Positions 42,101 to 55,190 of a stretch of DNA of 64,000 nucleotides are shown piece by piece. Source of the DNA: the human T2T-CHM13v2.0 reference genome, Homo sapiens; the NCBI RefSeq assembly GCF_009914755.1, contig NC_060926.1. One strand, given 5' to 3'. The position numbers and the translations under genes were made by a program. The notes beneath the pieces were generated by a model. That model was given only the letters and a program-made list of their open reading frames with translations, was not told the origin of the DNA and ran no database searches. Position 1 is the stretch's first letter. Each line of letters starts with the position of its first letter.

Positions 42101-44964
42101 GTCGGTGGTGAATCATTAGTTTAAGGTGTCTTTCTTCTTTCAGCAGTTTAATAGTCATCATCAGTTCCTTAACTGAAAGAGAAATGCTCAGGCAGGGCTT
42201 AAAGGAAGAAATACTAAAATCAAAAGTAGACTTTATGAGTAAGTGTGACAATGGCCTAATGGAATGGACTTCTTTGTAAGCATGACTTACCTTATACATC
42301 TGTGTTCCCAGTGCTTAGCACATAGCGGGTACCAAATACATATTTGAAGGAATCACATAATGGATCTAGCTTAGTGACTAAAGAAATGGGTTTTGTGCAT
42401 TAGTCTTTGGAAAGCTCTCATGATTCCTTTCAGGTTGAAAGACGTTCTGGGAGAATAAATTATTGTCATTCTCTTGGAATACAGCCCTAGAAATTGCAGA
42501 GTCAAGATATGCTTGTATTTTAAGTACTTACTTGGATTAAAAGCCAAATTGCTAACAGGATTACAAAATGCCAAGTTTGCTGAGTCTCAAATTGTTTATG
42601 CGCATGTTTGGTTCAAATTTCTTTCATCAATCAGTACATTTCTGTTTCTAATTACAGTCTTAATGTTTTTTTTGACACCTGCACATGCATTCTTAGTCTA
42701 AACCAGCTTCAGTAATTTGCACAGATATAATATAACTGAAATGAGGCTCTTAACCACCAGTGTGTCACCTATACCACGTGTCTGAGGAATTCAGAGGTGC
42801 TGCACCTCAGTTCACATTGTGATTTTGAAAACAGCCTGCTATTTTTCCCATTTTCATGCCCACAATGTTGTAAACATTTTAATAAACACTAACACTTTTC
42901 CTCATTCCAGGCACATGGAGTTCTAGTAGATGATGCAACATGATTTTCGTTGTGATTTTTTATTTATGTTTATTCTTGGAATCTCTGTACTTGGATAAAA
43001 GAAGAAGACAGATGACCAAGATTACCATAATTGTCCAGAATATAATGTATGCAATCTGGAAGTTTATTACTACCACCGATCAAATTGATTGCAGACTCTT
43101 AGTCTAGTCCCAGAAGTTTGGGGCTGGTTTTGATGTGAGCCATTCATCAAATCTCAGACGTGACTCACGCAGTGGCTCATGGGTCAAAGCCTTCCACGTA
43201 TTGTAATGAACCAACCTGAACAATTCTGTACCCAGTTTTTAGTTTGGATTGTGCCCCTATCTGACACCTGTAAAATTGTGAGTTCCCTGTGGGCTCTAAT
43301 AATCAGAGTCCTAGTTAGAGAAAAAGTCATCTCAGCATCAACTGACAATTATTTTTTTTGCCCTCAATATCCTTCCCTGCCCCCTTATTTGGTTTGAACT
43401 GACTCACCTAATTGGGGTCAACCACTGAAAAAAAATGTGTTGCTGATTTTGTCATTTCTGAATGCCTAGAACTAAGGAATATCTTGGCAATGACATTGCT
43501 TAGTCTTCCTTACACATAAGGAGAGTTTGAACAATGGATCCAAATTATCATTGCAAGAGTGCACTCAGTTAGGGGAACTCAGCTGAGGTGAGGAACACGT
43601 CCACGAGTTTCCCCTGTGGGCATCCAGAGTAGCCATGGCCTGGCCAGGCACTGCCTTGCGGCCCTTCCAAAGGTGGCAGAATGATGTTAGTGTTAACATT
43701 TCACTGCACATTAATTCTTTAAAAAAAAAAAAAAAAAAAAACCTGTCATTTAATTTTAAATGCTAATATGCATATGGTTAATTAAGAAGCCAAAATTGGC
43801 TATAAGCTCAGTGAGCTCTGAGAACGGGGAGAGAGATCATTACACTTCTGCTCATGGTTAGCTATTTGTGAACCAACTGATAATGTGCAAAATTAAGATT
43901 TCGTAAGTGGCATTTTAAATGAATGGTTAATGGCTGAAGATTAATTAAACAGTCAGAGTTGCTGAAGAAAAGCTGTTAAAAATTATGTTTATAGGCCAGT
44001 CACTTGCACGCTGAGACTGAAATCCTGAAAGATTGTGGCCTGTTTACTGGGAGAGCATTTTAACAAAGCAGCCTCCTCGAGGAAGGAAAGCCAGCCACCC
44101 TTCCCCACATACCATGCAGCTGTTGCAGTAGCCTTAGGGACTTTGCTTTGGAGTAAAAGCAGCCGAGTAGGAAAATGGACTAGAAAAGTGTTTTATTGAA
44201 GGGATCTTCACTAAAACCTTCATCCCAGGTAACCAGGCAGATTTTATTTCCTACCTGCCTGCCACAGAGTTCTGAGTTAGAGTAGTCAGAACCCATGGGA
44301 TTTTTAAGAAAGTACTCCATAATTCTCTAAAAGAGACAAAGAATTGCAGTATATTGTTTTCAACCTGTAGTGGATACTTCTTAAGTCTGAAACTGCCAGC
44401 CCTCTTGGTGGTGGAAACATGGATTCTGTACATCTGGCTCTATCCTAGGTTGGTTCCTTGGAAAAAGGTTTGCCTTTGTATTTACCACTGTGCATTGTGC
44501 ATAGGAGGTACCATACTGTAAAAATAGTTGTAAAATTTGTTGTCAGAGCTTACCTGAATAAATATTGGATAAATCAATGAATGAATGAGCTACCTAAAAG
44601 TTGGTTAGTAGACTAGGAAACGCTCTTTTTAAATTCCTTTCCATCCATCCAACAAATGACCACCCTACTTCTCTCGTAGACTGGGTATTAATGTGTGGTC
44701 TCAGCCTCTGGGACCACACAATCTAGTGGGGGAGTCACAGGCCTGTCAACAAGTAAGTTGCAGCCACAGTTAAGCACAGCTAGAGCAGCCAGAGAGGGGG
44801 GTTAGGAATCTTTGGGTGCAGGGTAGTCAGAAGTATATTTTGCTATCACTTGTAAGGAAGTTTATTCTACCTATTGAAAAAATATTAGCATTTATGGAAA
44901 GGCTCTTCACTAAAACCTTTCTCTAAAATTATATTTCATTAAGAATATACACTAGTAAATATGG

Positions 44965-45135
44965 TAGTTCATTCAGTTCAATCTCCTGCTTCTAGGCAGA
45001 AGACCCAAATCACACAGGCCAGATAGTTGTGTCTGTTGTTTAAAAGTTCCCTAGGAATGGAGATCCTGCAGCCTCCCTTGGTGGCCTGTTGCAGGGTTTA
45101 ATCACCCTTCTAATCAAGGAGTTAATCCTATTTCC
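44965..45135 (-). mobile_element. CR1/L3 3' fragment
   Basis: ggagatcctgcagcctcccttggtggcctgttgcagggtttaatcaccct. Confidence 0.65.
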
Positions 45136-45499
45136 TCTTCTCTACCCTTCTTTGGGTTAGTGGAACCTGTAAAAACACCCATGAGACCCCTCGGAAGCCT
45201 TAAGGAATTAGTGAGTCAACACTGGGCTACTCTGGGTTCAGCAGTGTGCCTGGTAATGGTGAGACTCTGTACTGCACGATAACAATGACATGACTTCGTT
45301 ACATCTCAAATCAAAAGTTTTCTTCCTGGTCTAAAGAAAGGAAGAGTTGTTTATGTTAGCATGTTTTAGATGTTGTTTTATTACATTTTAATCTATATGT
45401 TTAGTTAATTACACGTTTGACCTAATGTCATATAACTCAGAAGCCAAATTGCAGTGTTTTGATTTAAAATGAAATCAGTAATTATTAAAAACAACTAAC

Positions 45500-45725
45500 A
45501 CTAAATAGTGAGAATCCACTATTGCTAGACACTTGCTAATTACTTTGCATGTGTCATTTAATCCTCCTGACAATCTGATCTAGTGGTACTATTAGTATTC
45601 CCAAGGTACAAACGAGGATATTGAGTTGTAGAGAGGGTAAGGAACTGGCGCGATATTATCAGGTGAGCCAGGATTTGTACGCCTGAATAAAGAGCCTAGA
45701 CGTTTAACCACTGTGCTATGCTGAC
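45500..45725 (-). mobile_element. MIR
   Basis: tcatttaatcctcctgacaatc...ggtactattagtattccc...tttaaccactgtgctat. Confidence 0.7.
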
Positions 45726-46301
45726 TATTCATTTTTAAAAATTATTTTGCTTTCTATAAAACTCGATTTCATTATCTGAATTCTTTTTTCCCCTATGTGT
45801 GTAAAGTCCAAATTTATAAACTTTCCTTGTGGGAAGTAATAGCATTCTGATGAATAATAGTCCCCAGGTCAACGGCAGCTCTTGCCGCAATTACTGGCAG
45901 TTGAGTGGCAAATACATTCTACTTTAAGAAAGGCAGTAGCAGTTCACTTTAGAAAAACTGATAATTCAAAGCTTTTCCATTCTGGTGAAAATTTTCTTAG
46001 CAAAAGCTAAGAAAATAGGTACTGATGGGAGAAAACCTGCCCCATTGAAGGAATGGGATAAAAACCTCCTGTTTGCAGATGCCAGAAGCATCTGGAGAAC
46101 AGTGATGTCCAATAATTGCAGCTAAAAGCTGCATTAATTGACCAGTGATAGGTTGAAAGCTGCCTCCAACCAGGATCCCTAACACTCTGGTGCTTTTTCA
46201 TAAGCAGAGTGAGAGGCAGGAGGTGGTCAGCTTCCATGGGGTTCTCCATACAGAAAGGGAGCAGCTGTGACAGAGAAGTGTATTTCTACAGAAGAAAGTT
46301 T

Positions 46302-46460
46302 AGCGTTTCAAACGGATGCATTCAAATCACCTGGGGATCTTGTTAAAATGCAGATTTTGATGCCAGGGGTCTGGGATGGGGCCTGAGTTGTGCATTTCTA
46401 ATAAGCTCCCAGGTGACACTCACGCTGCTGGTCCAGGGACCACACTGTGCTTAGCAAGGG
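46302..46460. mobile_element. MER5A-family element
   Basis: aatcacctggggatcttgttaaaatgcagattttgat...ggtctgggatggggcctgag...gctgctggtccagggaccacact. Confidence 0.88.
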
Positions 46461-46970
46461 TTTAGACTAGAGGAAGGCAGTGCTGAATTGTTATTGATTT
46501 TAAAAACCATTTTAAATAAACATGCAGCAAATCTTTTTATAACCTTCCAAAATTTCAGCTGTCATTTCCTCATATCGGTGAGATTTGTGAGAAATCCCAT
46601 TCCTCTGCAGGTCAGAATATTGTTGGTGCTGTTAGCCCTGTTTCCTGGAAGAGAGGGTATGACATTTTTTGGGTCTTTTTTATATTTTAACTGCTGCTGT
46701 CTGCATTAGTGTCCATGCTTTGACCTCTTGCTGCACCCAGAGAAATCTCTTGCACCTTAGTAATATGCTGTGTCTCCACAGTTGAATAAGCATGAATTTG
46801 AATTTCTTTCCTCAAGTGCTGCTACGAACCTGCCAAGAAAAGTTTTATTAATACAACTAAGTAATCCATTTTTCCCAGTGTACCCCATTCACTTAAGAGT
46901 TTCAATGGCTGTGTTTATTCCATCATTTCGGTTAAAGCTAATTATGCTCAAAAGATGTACTTTACCCTAA

Positions 46971-47294
<324 letters not shown>

Positions 47295-47705
47295 AGGCTT
47301 GGTATTATTTTAACTGAATGCTGCTGTCTTAATGTCTCTGATAAAGTATATCATCTCCATTGATCTGCATCATAAACAAGCACAAAGGTTTCTAGAATAT
47401 ATCTTTTTGGTCATTTTGTTTGAATACCAATATTTTAAATTACGTGACCTTTTTTTGACCAACAGCAGCAAAAAAGTTGTCACCACAAGAGCCATTTGTA
47501 ATGGTCAAAAGAGAAAACAGAAATGTTTCCGTGGGGCTTGGTTTGCAGATCTGTGTGTTTATTAATTCTGTGAAATGCCATTGAATTACAATAAATAGGA
47601 AGATGTTCTCAATGGGACTTTCTTCTCCATGTAGGAAACATTCAAAATCTAGAACAGAAGCACCACCCAGCTTGGTGTCACAACAGTGGGGCTGTTTGAC
47701 TTCAG

Positions 47706-47985
47706 AGCAACTCTATCCAATAGAGATATAATACAAACCACATATGTAATTTAAATATTTCAATAACCTCGTCTTTAAAAGTTGAATTAATTTTATAATA
47801 TATTTTATTTAACTCAATATATGCAAAATATATTTTCAAGATTTGTTCACAATAATTATTCTAGAGCTATTGTACATTACTTTTTTCATGGTGGAATGAA
47901 GCCAAGCATATCTCAATTTGGACTAGCCACAATTTTGAGTGTTCAGTAATCAGAAGTGGCTATTGGCTGCCATATTAGACAGCAT
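47706..47985. mobile_element. MER33 (hAT-Charlie)
   Basis: tccaatagagatataatacaaaccacatatgtaatttaaa...tctcaatttggactagccac...catattagacagca. Confidence 0.8.
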
Positions 47986-48799
47986 TAGAACCCCTTCAAC
48001 ATACTTCCAGTGGGAGCTGATGCCTCAGTTGGAAGTTTTCTACACACTGGAGTCCAGGGCAGCGAAAGACCCTCCCATTTCATGGTAGTTCCTGAAGCAG
48101 AAAACATTTTCTTATGTTAAACCTGAACTGCCACTAAACAAGCACCATTGTCTCTTCTCTTGTGAAGTTTATAGACTAGGGTAAGAAAAAGACATATAAA
48201 CAATCCATTCCTGCTTCAGGGAACAGACACATTTGTCAGCCCTAGCTTTTCAATATCTAGAAAAATGTTCCCCACATTAGGTGCCAGATGCTGCACAGTA
48301 AGGTAACCTCCAAGTGGGCTGAGCTAGACCAGGCCTAGGTCTGCTTTCATCCCAGTTCTTTCTTGCTTTGCCCGAAAGGAAGGCAAAAACAATGATCTAG
48401 CTTAGCTTACAAGGCTTCTTTTTCCTTTAGACATAGGAGAATGGAGGCTGGTCTTCAGATATGGAATATGTGTAATCCCTCCACAGAAGGCTTCGACAAC
48501 AACTAACTCAGGCACATGTGAGACCAAACTCACAGTATAATACCAGTGCGATTCTCATTTAGCTACAAACTTTTCCTTCCTTACCAATAGATATTTCACT
48601 ATTGTAGCCAGGAATCCTGAGAGGCAGTGCCTTACAGCAGAGCCTTCTCTTTCCCTGGGCTATACTCTCCTTCTCAGTAAACCAATCATCCCTCAAGAAG
48701 TCGTGCCTGTAAAAGATGATGTAACAACAGATGTAGTCTTCACTTTATTAATTTGCATTTATCACCACAAGCTTTTCTTCATGACTATTGCTGCTGTTT

Positions 48800-49500
48800 T
48801 ATACCTGTGACATCTCAGTATAGAGAATGTTATCCACCTCATTGCTCAAGCCAGAATCTGGGAGTCTTTCTTGAGGCTTCTGCCTTCCCTGAACCACACA
48901 ACTGACCTCTTTCTGAGGAAGAGGTAGGGGAATGGGTAGCACTGGTTCTCACGTCTCTGCACTGCATTTTCACGGTGAGCATCAGGTACTTCTCACTGTT
49001 GGGTCCAGTGTTCCTCAAACTTTTATTTGATCCATTGTGCTTTCCCTCTGGCATGCTGCAGTCATCTGGACAAGGCCTCAAGCTCCCTACATGCATTTCC
49101 TTTAACAAATGCCTCTCAAAATATATGTCTATATGGCTCTCTTCTTGCTAAAGCCCTTCCGTCCTCCCAATTTTCTGAGGAGACCAACCTTAGCTGCATG
49201 ATTCAATACCATTGTACTAGTGACCACAGTACCATTTTTCCCCTCTATCTTTTTTTTTTTTTCTTAATGAAGCCCTGTGTGTTATTCAGGATTCAACTCA
49301 AACATCCCATCCCTTAGTGATCCTCTCTGAGCTTTCTGTGTAGACTTCTAGCACAGAATGATCACAGTGTGTTGGAATTGACTGTTAACTTGTTTGTTTC
49401 CTCTATCAAATCTTGAAGCAGGCATGATGTTTTCAATCCTGGCATAGTTCCTAAAGCATTGGGTAGTCAATAAATATGTATCGAATGAATGAATGAATCC
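48800..49500 (+). mobile_element. L2 fragments ending in a (TGAA)n tail
   Basis: ttgctcaagccagaatctgggagtc...ttcaggattcaactcaaacatc...tcaataaatatgtatcgaatgaatgaatgaa. Confidence 0.7.
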
Positions 49501-50029
49501 AAGGGACTCTACCCTTAGCTACATGACTTCAAGGTGACACGAGCTTATTGGACATACTCTTGGACTGACCAACCCCCAAACTATAACTTGTCTTGCCTCC
49601 TAGTCAGCACGGCTTCCTTCTGATTGCCCTCTCCTTCTGAATCATGATGCCATGATTCTTTGGTTTTAGTGATCCCACATGTTTCTCCTGGTCTTTGGTT
49701 CTCACCACTGGGCAAGGTATTCTTCCTGTTCTTCAGCAGGAGGAAGCACTTCCTACTAAAGTATCCTTAGATGAAGGACTTCTCCAGGGCACAGCAGGTG
49801 ACTTTTTCACCCCATCCAGTCTCTGCTTCAGAAGCTTCTTAAGGGGAACAAGGTTGTTTGTACTGTCCAGAAACTATAGTCAGCCTAATCTTGGCTGATA
49901 CCTCAAGAGGAAAGGCTCTACTTGGCAATTACCTTTTTGTAAATCTCTTCCTCACACCCTATATTTGACATAGACTCCTGGTATTGCTCTCTAACCATTT
50001 CTACTGTTACATCCCAGAGAACGTTGCAT

Positions 50030-50700
50030 TAGCAAAATTTAGAAGTTAGCATCAAATAGAAGTCCTCTAGTTATTCTCGAATTTGCTTCCCCCATTTTAA
50101 AAAGCTTGACCATTACTTGCTTGCCTCCAGTATCAAGACACATCTGCCATTGTCTATAATTTCTCAACCATGCTGACTACGCATCCACGAGTATACCTTC
50201 CAGCTCTTTCAGTACCTTGAATATAATTTGTAAGTACCAGTAAGCAGGGTGACTTTAAAGAATCCTGGATCATGCATTTTCTTTCTTCCTCCCACTATCC
50301 TTTTCTTTTTGGCCTCTCTCCTGCTTTCCATTGATGGAGATGTCAGGTGAGTCACTTAATGTCTGTGTGCATCTTTCCTCACCTACAGACACACAGGGTG
50401 GAACTAAGTGATCTCAGCATTTTTTTTCCAGTTCCAAAATTATATGGTTCTGCAATTCTTTAATGGAAGCAAAATAGGAGTTCAGGTTGCTCTGCCTTTT
50501 CTCTGGCACTGTTACCATGTCAAAGCATCCCCTCCCAGCAGTGCCCTAGCCTTTCTCATTCCTCTTCAAAGTAGCTTTCACAATTAAATCTTTAATGTCA
50601 TTATCATTTGTTTCACAACCCTCTTAGCTCCTGTTGAACTCGGCTTTTCTGACTGTCTTCAGACCTCTTCACCAATTTCTTTGTTAACCACAGTGCCCAT
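50030..50700 (-). mobile_element. CR1/L3 ORF2 fragment with a MIR-like piece at about 50350-50450
   Basis: cttccagctctttcagtaccttg; gaagcaaaataggagttcaggttgctctgccttttctctggcactgttacc...cagcagtgccct match antisense CR1 ORF2. Confidence 0.65.
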
Positions 50701-51630
50701 GTATCCACTGTCAGATGACTCCCTCTGCTCACCCCTGCAGGAGTATTTAAGCTTAACCCCAGATTTCAGGAGTTAGAGCATTTCTCCTGAATCTCCCTAA
50801 ACTCGCATCAGATCTCTTTTGTCCATTCAGGTTGTCCTGTCTAGATAATGAGAATTTAAGTTATAAGATTTGTAAGGATCATGGAATAAAGGCATACAGG
50901 CAGGTCACTATCAGCATTTCCAGGGCAACCCTGTCTCCCACTTAGATCCTCTGGCTTAGAAACTACTGAAGATCTGTAAAACGTAATGAGGTTTCAAACA
51001 GATGTGGCCACTGCCCCTAGGAGTTGGATAGGATCCTCTGTGAGACAGGGCAGAGAAAGTCATGTTTGACTCTATTAGGAAAAATTCTATGGAGTTTACA
51101 ATAGAATCATAGGGAAGCTCTTAAACAGCACCCTGGCCCATTACAGACAAGTAGACATGGAAGGATACTTTAAAACAAAGTGTGTTTTCAAGTGTTTCAC
51201 GTGTGTTTCAAGTTTAAAACAAAGTGAGTTTTCAAGCCCAGGAATGATGTGAATCAGACATCAGAAGGGAGAATCAATTCTTGCAGTCTGATGTTTGACA
51301 AGTTGCAAGTTGTGACCTCGTTCATACCCTTTAATTCAGTGACTGGCAGTGTTGGTCAGCTGTGTCTTTTTAAGTGGATCCATGTTGAAGTTTGTTGTCC
51401 AGGTGAGTTTCAAATACTGGGAGTAACCTGAAAAGTCTTGGGCACAGTTTCCTAGATGTATTGTAGATCCATAGGTAGACACATGGCTTAACATCTTCCA
51501 TTCAGTTTTATGTAACCAGTACCACTTTTTCATATTGATATATCTATATGTCTTTTTCTATATCTAGATGTCTTTTCTTAAGTTAAATGCATTGGCTTAA
51601 AAAAGAAAGACACTATCAGTGCAAACTCAC

Positions 51631-52026
<396 letters not shown>

Positions 52027-53928
52027 TAACTTTCAAAGTAACCTATTGTCTGTTTACATGCCACATGACATGAAACTCTATTTTAATCAGGACCGTCACA
52101 GATAATTTCTGCAATAACATATATCTAGGGATGGTTTTCAAATGGAGTTGTCATGTTGTGTTTAGCAGACAGGAGATTCTCTATTGTTGTCAGGCCCTCT
52201 TTACAAAAGCATCAGTAACCCAGTGATCCTAGAGAAGCAGGGCTTACCACTCAGCTTACTTAGAATAAAAAAGAGCAAGGCTGGTTTCTGTCTGCACGTA
52301 GTGTGTTTGAGGGCTCTTTTGTTTAGCTGGGCTTCCTTGTAGCCAACAATGCTTTTACAGTCTTGGAATTGGATTTCATTCTCCTGTACTGGTTTTTGAA
52401 AAGTGTAAATAGTTTAATGCATATTGTTATTCTCTGAAGGTAACATAGGATGCATAAAACCGTATACATCTGAATTGTCTCCTCGACCAATGAAGTCATG
52501 GAAAGTCAAGAAAAATTAAACCGTCTCTGGATTTATACACACTCTCCCTTTCTCTCTCTCTGACACACACATGTGCACACACACACACTTTCTCTTTAGT
52601 GCCTTTCAAAGTTGTCCTAGTTTTCTTACAATTAGCACCCAAGACATACTTTTTCAATAATTAGTAAAAAAAAGTTAATTTTTGTCCATTGTTAAAACAG
52701 TGAAATTTTCTTTTTAGAGTACATAGGGGCCATCATACTGAGTTTTATGATAATAAATACTATTTTGTATCATATAAATATGCAATGATATATAACATAT
52801 AATAATTTATATCATTAAAGAGGGGCTGAAAAAAATTGTTGGCTTCTACATGTTTGTTCCTCTCAAGACTTCTCCTCTTAAATTCCCAAAGAATAATACT
52901 TCTTTATTCTTAAAACTCACTTTATGCTCAATTCCCAGAAACAGAAGCCAAATAGGGTAAAACAAGATGCCCAGTAATGGTTCTTACAGTTCTCAGGTTC
53001 TGTAGTACACCATTTGAAGCTATGTAGTCTTCAACCTTGAGTGTATATAACAGAGGGAAAGGCAAGCTCTAGACATCCATTCCAGTCCTAGGATTCTGTG
53101 GTTCTGAGAAGTGAGAAGGGAGACAAATGAGAGTATGGGAAGTTGTATAGAGGGGGGGAACAGACAGAAAGGAACAGAACAATGAGTAGTCACTTGGATT
53201 ACAGAAGGAATGGCAATGGAGGACCAATAAATAAGTGAATGAATAAATGAATGAATGAATGAATGGAAAGAAAAGTAAGTATAAGGAAGAGAATGACCAA
53301 AAATAGAAGTTGAAGTGGTCCATTTGAGCTAGAAGCTTGGCAATTTTACAAATTCTAGCAACTTCTTAAGAAGCTCTAAAAAGAAAGTTCTGGGTTAGGA
53401 AGTTTCTCATAATAGTTTTCCCACTATCCAGTCCCCATATTGTCTTCCACCATAAACATCTGCCATGATAATTCTCCACTGCTAGACCTCAGAAGACTCT
53501 CCCTTTCCCATTAATAAAAAGGGGACTGATTTCATAAATTTAGCATATTACGCATTGCAGCATTCTGCCTTTCATATCATAGGTTAATTTTTCATGGATC
53601 GTTATGAAAAATATAAACAAACTTAAAATTCTATTTATGATTCAGACAACCAACAAAGTAATGAGATTCTGTGTTATGGTAGCTGTCACATCTTGTCTCA
53701 GCCCATTGTGTCTAAATGTTAACTCTCTTATTAAGCTCCATTAAAGGGTTTTACAATACCAAATTGTTTATACACTGCTGGTTTTCTGCTGCCTGACAGT
53801 AGGGCACGTTTCACTCATTAATATGGGTGATATCTTACATTGTTGGAAAGAGCTGAAATAAAAATAAACAGGAAGGTGGCATGTACTAACTGAAATGCTT
53901 CTTTCTTCTATGTTTCCCAATATAAGGT

Positions 53929-54001
<73 letters not shown>

Positions 54002-54060
54002 GTATATAAAACCCTAAATATATATATATATATATATAACCTTAAATATATATATTTTAT
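53929..54060. repeat. Compound (TA)n(TG)n(TA)n(CA)n microsatellite
   Basis: Directly visible dinucleotide arrays. Confidence 0.95.
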
Positions 54061-54499
54061 ATTTTTTTAACTTGCAGTTCAACCTGTTGTCTTACGAAAG
54101 GGGAGATATTCTTTTCTTTGTTACGTTTAAATGAACTTCACCCTGAGCTACCAAATTATACTTTTGCAAGCTTGATCTTCAACCTCACTTATGTCCCCAT
54201 GACAACCTTTCTTGCCATGTGAAATTTAGAGTAACTCATATTGGTAGGTTTCATTATGGGTCATAAAGCACTGTCATATACATGTTCTTATTTCATCTTC
54301 ACCACAACCCGGTAATAAGGGAAGATAGAGATGCTGAATCTGGTAGAAGAGAAAGCTTTCCTAAAACTACTCAGTTAAAAAATACAGGCACCAAGTTTCT
54401 GTCCCACTGTGGTTAGTTCAGTTCTAATGCTACTTGCCTTCTTTTTATATTTTTATTATTTAAAGATATACTTTTATTTTCTTAATTTTCTCTGAGTAT

Positions 54500-55190
54500 T
54501 CTATATTAAATTTAATAGCAAAAAGCTAAGGAAGAAAAAAATAAAATTGCTAATTATTCCACGATTTAATTGGCTATTATTAACTTTTTAGAGTATTTTC
54601 ATCCAGTGTTTCTTCTGGTTTTTTGTTTGTTTCTGTGTTTATCACTGCATATAAAATATATCATTTGTGCATGCATATAGTGCTCACACACACATATAGT
54701 ATTTACATGCATATACACATTTGAGTATTTTGCCTTTTTACAATGATACTGTGATATTTTCCTGTGTCAATTAATCTCTTTGAAACCATCGCTTTTAAGG
54801 TTGCATGATAACTGTATCTTAATTTATGTAACCTTTCCCTTAATGATGGACATTTGGGATGTTTCAGAGTTTTCAGTGTTATAAATTACCCTCTGATAAG
54901 CACCTTTATAAAATATTTTGCTACACAGCTTGAATTATTTCCTTAGGATTCCTGGAATGGAAATGATGAATCAAAGGCTTGAAACATATTGCCAACAATT
55001 TTCTTGAAAAATTGAAGGAAATAATGCTTCCACCAGTAATGCAGAAAATAGCTAATTTCACCCCATTCCTGACAACTTTGAGTATCATCACTTTCCTTCC
55101 TTTACCCTTTACTAATTTGATTCATGAAAAATAGTACTGTATCATTTTACATTGAACTTCTTAGCTTACTAGTGAGGTTAAGCATTTTTA
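54500..55190 (-). mobile_element. L1ME antisense fragment
   Basis: tttatgtaacctttcccttaatgatggacatttgggatgtttc...tatttccttaggattcctggaatgg...cttccaccagtaatg. Confidence 0.7.
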
